Origin: Longimicrobiales bacterium
GTDB lineage: Bacteria > Gemmatimonadota > Gemmatimonadetes > Longimicrobiales > Gaopeijiaceae
Assembly: GCA_965116905.1 (NCBI GenBank)
Contig: OZ220732.1
Coordinates: forward strand, 672,001-736,000
DNA: 64,000 bases
Direction of reading: 5' to 3'
In this document: one piece after another, positions 57,330 through 64,000 of the stretch
Layout: every line of letters begins with the position of its first letter
Position numbering within the stretch: position 1 is the stretch's first letter
Notes under the pieces: generated by a model
Databases searched by the model: none
What the model was told of the DNA's origin: nothing
The model's input: only the letters and a program-made list of their open reading frames with translations
Translations under genes and position numbers: made by a program

Positions 57330-57935
57330 TTATGATTGACTGCGGATTGCTTCGCTAGGGAATATGCCCAAGAGGCTCCCAACCTGAGCCTCGAAGCTCC
57401 AAGCGCAACTCAGGGCATTCTGCCTGGAGTCGGCCATGACGACCGTGCCTGTGTGATCGACAAGGATCTTTGTGTTTCCGAGTAGCGGCCCAAAGTCAGC
57501 CAGCGCTTGTTCCCGAGACAGCGACTTTATTCTCGTCCCTCGAAGCCCTTGCCGTGCAGTCCTCGGTATCTCGTGTTCTGCCAGGCCGACTACCAGCAGA
57601 TGACGCGTCAGAGAGTCACCTCTTGACAGCCCATTCCATAGGCCGAACCTGCCGGTCAAACAGGTCGCGCAGCGCTCAATGTCCACGATCCAGAGTAGAC
57701 TATAACCCGAGTCCGAAGAACTGCCGGTGGCAGGGTGCAATAAGGACGGGAGTCGCAGTTCCGCACCGACCAGCCGGTCCTGGACGACCAGCCTTTCTGC
57801 GGCACCCCCGGTAACCTGTATGACCGCCTGAAGATCCCGGTTCACTGACGCCGTTTTCCACACCCAAAGTAGGGCGCCGACAACCAAACCGACGGTGACA
57901 AGCTCCCAGACTTGCCGACCCTGAAGATTCCACAT
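57330..57935 (-). CDS. Membrane-anchored thioredoxin-like (CxxC) protein
   Basis: N-terminal TM; LLWIVDIERCATCL; TKILVDHTGTVV beta-hairpin; ATG at 57935 inferred. Confidence 0.6.
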   Translation of the reverse strand: MWNLQGRQVWELVTVGLVVGALLWVWKTASVNRDLQAVIQVTGGAAERLVVQDRLVGAELRLPSLLHPATGSSSDSGYSLLWIVDIERCATCLTGRFGLWNGLSRGDSLTRHLLVVGLAEHEIPRTARQGLRGTRIKSLSREQALADFGPLLGNTKILVDHTGTVVMADSRQNALSCAWSFEAQVGSLLGIFPSEAIRSQS

Positions 57936-58143
57936 TGTTGGCACGCTCCCCGAAGCCAAAGCCTCCCTCGTCTCCAAGATTCCTCCCAGAAACACGTTCC
58001 TCCCAAGAGGCGTTCAAGGGCTGATCCTCCGAACGGTAGGATACAGAATACTGCTGTCAAGTAGGGTCACCATACGCACGTGAAATGGCTGGTGCACTAG
58101 CACGTATATGGCCGCCTATGTCGGCGTGCCAGTCACCCCAATG

Positions 58144-59490
58144 TCACCCCCCCACCACCACCCGGCTCACCACCAGCGTCGCCACATCGAACTCATCGCT
58201 CTCCAGATGCGCCACGAGCCCATCGGGTCCGAACGCGATCGGCATCGCCGGCTCCCCGGCCGACAGCGTCCCCACGTATTCCCGGTCCGCGTTGTACACG
58301 TCGATCGGCCCCTCGTCGTCCCACGGATTCTCACTGCGGCGCTGGATCCACAGCCCGCCGTCCCAGGTCGCCCTGATCCCCTGAACCACGGGGACTTCGT
58401 GGTAGAATTCGCGATCCCGAATTCTTCGGCGGCTCTGCTCGGGGTCCCTACCGATCGGCAGGCTCGTAGAGGGAGGAGTCGCCAACCACTCCTCAAGACG
58501 CTGAAGGTGGAAGGCGATCGTTCCCCGCCGGATCCGTTCCGACACCGCCTCCGGCAAGAGCGGCCGGCTCAGCACCTCGGTCACCGATCCATCGGGCGAG
58601 GTGAGCTTGATGACGTACGCCGAGGAGTCGGAATAGGCGATGGTGCCGTCGGGCAACACGTCCCAGTGAAACCCCGGCTCAAAGTACCGGTCCTCTACGG
58701 CCGCGACGATCGCCGGCCAGTCCTCCAGGCTCGTGGATGTTGGCGGCTCGGGACGCGGAGCCCGCCAACCCTGCAAAACCGGCTCCCTTGCGGTCACATC
58801 GCCGGAGAGGTCCAGCGCCTCGAGCGCGCGGTCATCGACGCCATCCGTTTCCTCGTCCGGGTACTCCATGAGCCGGTTCATGAAGTTCATCATCTCGACC
58901 AACACGCCCTCGACGCCGCGAGCGATAATCCTGTCGCCCAGCGGATCGGCCCGAATCTCCTCGTGACGAAGCGCGGTGGACAGCGTTCTTGGCTCGCTGG
59001 CCGACCTGACGAACCGCTCGAGTTCGCCGTCCGGGCTGAACACCTGGACCGCCGAATGCTCCGTGTCGGGCACCGCAAAGCGGCCGTCGCGCCACACCGC
59101 GAGCGCCCGTATTTCCTGAAACTCGCCCGGGCCCTCGCCCTCGCGGCCCACGACACGCACAAGCCGGCCATCGGGTCCGACGACGACGACCCGCTTGTTG
59201 AAGGCGTCCAGCACGAGCAGGTTGCCGGCTCCGTCGAAGCTCGCCTGCAAGGCAGGGACCGGCCCGAAGAGGGCCCACTCCGGCGCGTTCACGCCGCCCG
59301 CTCGATACACCTCGGTCACGTCCACGGTCAGCGGACGGTCCTGCGCGGCGGACGCGGTGGGGAGGATGGGGGCAAGGGAGAGGGTCAGGGCAATGGCCAG
59401 GGTCTGGGCCAGAGCCAGGGTCTGGGTCGAGCAAACGGCCGGGGCCTGCGCCAAGCCAATATGCACGGGAGGCGACAGGCGGTGTTTCAC
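58144..59490 (-). CDS. 6-bladed beta-propeller secreted protein (subfamily B)
   Basis: FDGAGNLLVLD, GREGEGPGEF, GPIDVY, AFGPDGLVA shared with 23177-24511. Confidence 0.7.
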   Translation of the reverse strand: MKHRLSPPVHIGLAQAPAVCSTQTLALAQTLAIALTLSLAPILPTASAAQDRPLTVDVTEVYRAGGVNAPEWALFGPVPALQASFDGAGNLLVLDAFNKRVVVVGPDGRLVRVVGREGEGPGEFQEIRALAVWRDGRFAVPDTEHSAVQVFSPDGELERFVRSASEPRTLSTALRHEEIRADPLGDRIIARGVEGVLVEMMNFMNRLMEYPDEETDGVDDRALEALDLSGDVTAREPVLQGWRAPRPEPPTSTSLEDWPAIVAAVEDRYFEPGFHWDVLPDGTIAYSDSSAYVIKLTSPDGSVTEVLSRPLLPEAVSERIRRGTIAFHLQRLEEWLATPPSTSLPIGRDPEQSRRRIRDREFYHEVPVVQGIRATWDGGLWIQRRSENPWDDEGPIDVYNADREYVGTLSAGEPAMPIAFGPDGLVAHLESDEFDVATLVVSRVVVGG

Positions 59491-59619
59491 CAGGTTGGCT
59501 GTCCTTTATGTGCGTGGCTGGAGCAGCTGGAGTTGGGGACTCGGGAATCTATCGTATCGGCTTGACTGGTTCGTGCCGAAATAATATGATGAATCGCATT
59601 TGAGATACAGGAGGTTCGC

Positions 59620-59901
59620 GTGAAGACGCAGAGTTCGATGGTGCATGTCCGGATGGACACCGAGATGAAACGGAAGGCGACGGCAGCGCTCGCGGCGATG
59701 GGCCTGACGGCTTCACAGGCCGTGCGGCTCCTGTTCCATCGCATTGCCGTCGATCAGGCTTTCCCGCTCGAACTGAAGGTTCCAAACGCGGAAACACGGG
59801 CGGCCATGGCCGAAGTTGACGAGATGATCAACACGCGCGCGGCGCGATTCGCAAGCGCGGACGAGATGTTTGCGGAGCTTGAAGACGCCTCCGACCGGTA
59901 A
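59620..59901 (+). CDS. dinJ: RelB/DinJ antitoxin
   Basis: VHVRMDTEMK, GLTASQAVRL, FPLELKVPNAETRAAM. Confidence 0.9.
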   Translation: MKTQSSMVHVRMDTEMKRKATAALAAMGLTASQAVRLLFHRIAVDQAFPLELKVPNAETRAAMAEVDEMINTRAARFASADEMFAELEDASDR

Positions 59902-60205
59902 GCGGGCCAAACCGCCACGCCGGGTTGACTACTCCCGACGGTTCCTAAAGGACTGGAAGCGCCTCTCGCGTTCGGGTCGATACGACATGCACCGGCTGAA
60001 GGCGGTCATGCTCCTCCTCATCGCCAACGACACCCCGCTCGGTCCTGAATGGAGGGATCACGCGCTCAAAGGCTCATGGGCTCCCTACCGCGAATGCCAC
60101 GTCGGCGGTGACTTTCTGCTCATCTATCGCATCGACGACACAGACGGGCCGAGCGGTTCCGTCTACTTTGCCCGGGCCGGTACGCATGCCCAGTTGTTCG
60201 AATGA
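59870..60205 (+). CDS. yafQ: YafQ family toxin
   Basis: FLKDWKRL, DHALKGSW, RECHVGGDFLLIY, RAGTHAQLF. Confidence 0.9.
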   Translation: MRSLKTPPTGKRAKPPRRVDYSRRFLKDWKRLSRSGRYDMHRLKAVMLLLIANDTPLGPEWRDHALKGSWAPYRECHVGGDFLLIYRIDDTDGPSGSVYFARAGTHAQLFE

Positions 60206-60339
60206 CGACCGCTGACACTTCGGTCAGAACCGACAGCCTCGGCGGCATCGCGAGTCGCTGCCAGGAATCTGTACTCGCCGGGACCGCCGCGCGCACCATG
60301 GCCCGATTTGGAGCACATGGTCTGGCGTCCGCGACCAGG

Positions 60340-61047
60340 TCATTCGTCCCTTGCCACGTTCAGCTCGTGGACCGTCTCGCCAGCTCGCGTAAGCCTTAGC
60401 CCCTGAAACGGATCCGGCAGGCTTGACACACCGTGTCCGGCGGCCGCGTTCCCCAGAAAGATCTGGCCGTTCCCATCGCGCACATAGACGCCGACCCGGC
60501 CATCCTGGTCGTCCAGGGTCAACACGAGACCCTCGGTGCCGCGATCCGAATCGAGGCCAAAGTTGACACGATAGTGGCCGTCGAGCTCAAGCAGGCCGTA
60601 CCCCGTGCGCTCGAACCCCTCGGGATCATTGATCACTACGCCCGTGCTCGGCCCGAGGCGCCTGCCGATGTTCGGATCGGGCTTCGGGTCGCCGATGGCA
60701 ATCCGGTCAAAGCCGTCCTCGCTGAGAATCAGGATCCCGTTGGTCGAGTGCTGATAGTCCCGGTACCAACCCATATACCGTTCCAGGTCCGGAAACCGAG
60801 GTCCCCAGAGATTCCGCACGCGGGCTGTGTCGGTGCGAACGCGGTTGTCGGCTTCGGGAATGGGCGCACCGATGAGGATCCGTTCGCGTCCCGCATCGTC
60901 CTCGACAATCAGCCCGCGCACTCGCAGGACACCATCGGTCCCCGTCCCGCTCCTGACGAACAGGACGGCCAGTGCAACGGTCATCAGGATGGCGTATGCC
61001 TGGAGCCAACGGACTGCTCGTGTCAGTCGTTCGGTCTTCGTACTCAC
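60340..61047 (-). CDS. Hypothetical membrane-anchored protein
   Basis: N-terminal TM; VLRVRGLIVEDDAGRERILIGAP; start inferred. Confidence 0.55.
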   Translation of the reverse strand: MSTKTERLTRAVRWLQAYAILMTVALAVLFVRSGTGTDGVLRVRGLIVEDDAGRERILIGAPIPEADNRVRTDTARVRNLWGPRFPDLERYMGWYRDYQHSTNGILILSEDGFDRIAIGDPKPDPNIGRRLGPSTGVVINDPEGFERTGYGLLELDGHYRVNFGLDSDRGTEGLVLTLDDQDGRVGVYVRDGNGQIFLGNAAAGHGVSSLPDPFQGLRLTRAGETVHELNVARDE

Positions 61048-61350
61048 TGGTTTTCTCCGCGGAAGCTGGGTAGTTGTGCAATCGGCGATCATCCTGCTAT
61101 TGGACACCCCGATCGTTGGACCAGGTTGTCCGGTAGACGGACCGCGGGCTGATTGTGGGAACGCGGTCGAGCTTTCGAACGATCTCTACCCCCGCCCCTA
61201 CCCCGCCGGCCCCACAGGATAGTCCTCGCGTCTGCCCGTATCGCCCGGCTGGATGACGAAGTCCCGCCGGTCCCGGTAGAGACGTGCGCGGTTCAGCACG
61301 TGGTCTTCGGCGTCGACAGTCGCAGATCGCTTCAAGTCATCAACTGCACA

Positions 61351-61386
61351 TTGACAACTGTATACCATCATGCCCATTATTGTCAA
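61351..61386 (+). promoter_or_regulatory. Sigma70-like promoter overlapped by an inverted repeat
   Basis: TTGACA (61351) N18 CATTAT; TTGACAA...TTGTCAA inverted repeat. Confidence 0.55.
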
Positions 61387-61416
61387 CCATCAGTCCCTCA
61401 AGACGCGGACAACGGC

Positions 61417-62493
61417 ATGTTTGGACAGCGACTTCGGCTCGCCCGCAGGCGCGCGGGCCTTTCTCTGCGGTCGCTTGCAGAGCGGATGGATCCGGGGGTT
61501 TCCGCGCAGGCGATCAGCAAGTACGAGGCGGGCAAGATGATGCCGTCTTCGGCTGTCCTGGTCGCCCTCGGCGAGGCGCTCGACGTCTCGCTGGACTTCC
61601 TCATGAGCGACCGGATCGACGTCCTCGACGGTCTCGAATTCCGCAAGGACCCGGGCACCTCCAGCCGCGACCGGGCGCGCGCCGAAGCCGTGTTGATCGA
61701 CAAGCTCGAGCGGTATCTGACCATTGAGGACATTCTCGGGATTCCGGCGGCCGGCGACCGGTTCGAACACTGCCGCTGCGACTGCATCGCCACTGAAGCC
61801 GAGATCGACGAGCGCGCCGACCGGCTTCGCGAGGACTGGGACCTCGGCATGGATCCCGTGCCCAGCCTGTGCGCCCTCCTGGAGGACAAGGGGATCAAGG
61901 TCGTCGAAGCCGACCTGCCGGAGCGGATCAGCGGTCTGGCGTGCCGCGGCATGCGACGGGGCAGGGTCGTCGCCGATGCAGTCGTGGTATCGACGCGGAC
62001 GAATGTGGAACGCAAGCGCTTCACGCTGGCGCATGAACTCGCGCACAAGATCATCCGGTCCACCGGGAACCCCGCGATCAGGCTGGAAGCGGCCATGAAC
62101 CGGTTCGCGGGCGCGTTCCTTGTCCCCGGCCGGGATCTGCTGGAGAAGATCGGCGGAAGGCGCCGGCGGGTTACGTACTACGAGATCGCGCGGCTCAAGC
62201 ATGCGTACGGAGTGTCGGCGGCGGCCATGCTGGTGCGGCTGGGCCAAGTCGGTGTGCTGCGTCCGTCTGCGGTTCGGCGGGCGTTTGCGACGTTTGCGCG
62301 GTCGTGGCTGACGTCCGAGCCGGAGCCGATCCGCGACGACCAGGGGTTCGGGGCGTTCGAGAAGCCGCAGCGGTTCAGGAGGCTGGTGTGGCAGGCGGTG
62401 GGGGAAGAGCTGATATCACCGGTTCGCGGGGCCGCGCTGCTCGGGGAGTCGCTTGAGGTGGTGGAGTGGCAGGTTAGCGGACCCGTGGGGTGA
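61417..62493 (+). CDS. XRE-family HTH + ImmA/IrrE-type metallopeptidase
   Basis: MFGQRLRLARRRAGLS...AISKYEAG; RFTLAHELAH (HExxH); NRFAGAFLVP. Confidence 0.9.
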   Translation: MFGQRLRLARRRAGLSLRSLAERMDPGVSAQAISKYEAGKMMPSSAVLVALGEALDVSLDFLMSDRIDVLDGLEFRKDPGTSSRDRARAEAVLIDKLERYLTIEDILGIPAAGDRFEHCRCDCIATEAEIDERADRLREDWDLGMDPVPSLCALLEDKGIKVVEADLPERISGLACRGMRRGRVVADAVVVSTRTNVERKRFTLAHELAHKIIRSTGNPAIRLEAAMNRFAGAFLVPGRDLLEKIGGRRRRVTYYEIARLKHAYGVSAAAMLVRLGQVGVLRPSAVRRAFATFARSWLTSEPEPIRDDQGFGAFEKPQRFRRLVWQAVGEELISPVRGAALLGESLEVVEWQVSGPVG

Positions 62494-62589
62494 GGGGAGA
62501 AGGGCGCTACCGGCGTGGGGTGTCCTTGTCCTGGACAGCAGGGATCCCCATATCAACGGGGAGAGGATCGCACGGGAGTTTCGGGACCT

Positions 62590-63048
62590 ATGGACAAGAT
62601 CACTGAGGCACATGGTGGCGGAGCTGTGACAGGCCGCTGGACGGACATCGACCCCACCAAGTACGACGACGCCCACGAGGTTCAGGGGCTCGAACTGGAC
62701 ACGGGCTATTTCATCTCGCCGTACGACGTGCCTGATGGCGTACGCCTGCACTTCACGGCCCAAAGGGGCTACCTGATCGAACTCCGCTATCTTACCGACC
62801 AAGAGAAGATCGACTTCACCGAAACTGAGCTTCCCGAGATTCACTTCGGCCTGGGCCGCCACTCAAACCGGCTGGTGTCGCTGGAGGTCGCCGCCACAAA
62901 GGGGTTTCCTGAGTGGGAAAAGGTCGAGTCATTGCTCTCAACGCTGACCAGTCAGCGGAACCACACCAACCATTTCGTGGCGCGATCCGTGTTGCGCGAC
63001 TTTTGGTCCCGCCTGGCCGAACAGGTTCGGGAGATGCAGACGGGGTGA
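62590..63048 (+). CDS. Hypothetical protein
   Basis: Open frame with plausible composition; no recognised motif; start uncertain. Confidence 0.4.
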   Translation: MDKITEAHGGGAVTGRWTDIDPTKYDDAHEVQGLELDTGYFISPYDVPDGVRLHFTAQRGYLIELRYLTDQEKIDFTETELPEIHFGLGRHSNRLVSLEVAATKGFPEWEKVESLLSTLTSQRNHTNHFVARSVLRDFWSRLAEQVREMQTG

Positions 63049-63080
63049 GCCTGCCCCACTGAATTACAGGAGTTCGCGGT

Positions 63081-64000
63081 TCAGTCTGGCACCGGCATCC
63101 GGTAGCCAACGTGACGCTCGTTCAGGATGTAGGCTGCGCTCGCCGCGTCCTCGCCCAGCTTGCGGCGGAGCCTCTTGACGACGGCGTGGACGAGCTTCGG
63201 GCTGGCGCGGTTCGGATAGCGCCCCCAGGCCTGGCGGAGCAGTGAGCGGTACGTGAGCACCCGTCCGGCGTTGGCCGACAGTAGGCGCAGCACCTCGTAT
63301 TCCGTGACCGTGAGTTCTACCGGACGCTCGGCCAGCGTCACCTGGCGTCGCTCGTAGTCGATGGCGAGCTCTCCCAGCACAAACGGTTCCGGCTCCGAGT
63401 GCTTTCTCAGTGCCGCCCGGACCCTCGCTGTCAGTTCCGTCAACGAGAACGGCTTGACGACGTAGTCGGCTGCGCCGGCCCCGAGTGCCCTCGCGATCGT
63501 CTCGGCCCTTCCGTACGCCGAGATGAAGATGACCGGACGGTCGGCCAGCTCGGGAACCTCTTCCATCAGCTTGATGCCGTCGGTCCCCGGCAACATCAGG
63601 TCGAGCAGGACCAGGTGCGGTTGCTCTGCGCGGATGACGCGGGACAGCTCCCGGTGGTCGCCCGTGACCAGCACGTGGTAGCCCGCCGTCCTTAGCGCAT
63701 CGCGGACGAAAAGCAGCGTTTGTGGATCGTCGTCCACCACCAGGATGCGCTCGCGCTCCCGTGCCCGCGCCGGAAGTCGCCGGTCCTGCCGGTCCTGTCC
63801 TGCTTGACCCTGTTTGGAGCGCGCCGTTTCAGCGTCGACACGGGCTTCTTCGGCCACCGGGACCGTGAACGTGAACTGCGCGCCCCGACCCTCGCCAGCG
63901 CTCGTGGCCCGGATGCGCCCGCCGTGCGCCTCGACCAGTCCCTTGCAGATGAGCAGGCCCAGTCCGTGCCCAAGGCCGCCCTCCGCGTCATCCATGATTG
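63081..64000 (-). CDS. Hybrid histidine kinase / OmpR-type response regulator (KdpD/KdpE-like), C-terminal part
   Basis: GHGLGLLICKGLVEAHGG (HATPase_c), ILVVDDD, LLDLMLPG, YVVKPF, wHTH LRRKLG...GYRM. Confidence 0.85.
   Translation of the reverse strand, partial: IMDDAEGGLGHGLGLLICKGLVEAHGGRIRATSAGEGRGAQFTFTVPVAEEARVDAETARSKQGQAGQDRQDRRLPARARERERILVVDDDPQTLLFVRDALRTAGYHVLVTGDHRELSRVIRAEQPHLVLLDLMLPGTDGIKLMEEVPELADRPVIFISAYGRAETIARALGAGAADYVVKPFSLTELTARVRAALRKHSEPEPFVLGELAIDYERRQVTLAERPVELTVTEYEVLRLLSANAGRVLTYRSLLRQAWGRYPNRASPKLVHAVVKRLRRKLGEDAASAAYILNERHVGYRMPVPD

Noticed and set aside
61198..61345. Short minus-strand ORF fragment upstream of the XRE gene
   Set aside because: Possibly a gene remnant, but no family could be assigned

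Overview
A GC-rich bacterial window. The many secreted 6-bladed beta-propeller and carboxypeptidase-regulatory-domain proteins, TA modules and taurine/solute uptake genes resemble Gemmatimonadota-type, possibly host-associated, genomes; that assignment is inference only. The left 41 kb holds transport and metabolic genes (SSS, TRAP, NCS2, AGCS, creatininase-like, tdk, M14, amidohydrolase, Tpa-like aminotransferase) mixed with TA pairs, AAA ATPases and pseudogene debris. The accessory region at about 42-58 kb is the highlight. It contains a class III lanthipeptide-like cluster whose LanKC is split into two genes in reversed order: a Zn-ligand-free cyclase gene (52748-51582) comes before a lyase-kinase gene (about 51562-50072). 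Upstream lie a 47-aa precursor missing from the ORF track (53053-52910, MSRILGLQRLSVAQDDPTALVDSKYSYYCGEMEPSEISIHCNDTGDN, with two S-x2-S-x2-C motifs) and an ABC exporter. The region also has two independent copies of a module pairing a CxxC thioredoxin-like membrane protein with a secreted Cys-rich mini-protein (42.3-43.1 kb and 57.1-57.9 kb), plus decayed ISNCY-like and IS21 elements. No rRNA, tRNA or CRISPR array was recognised.
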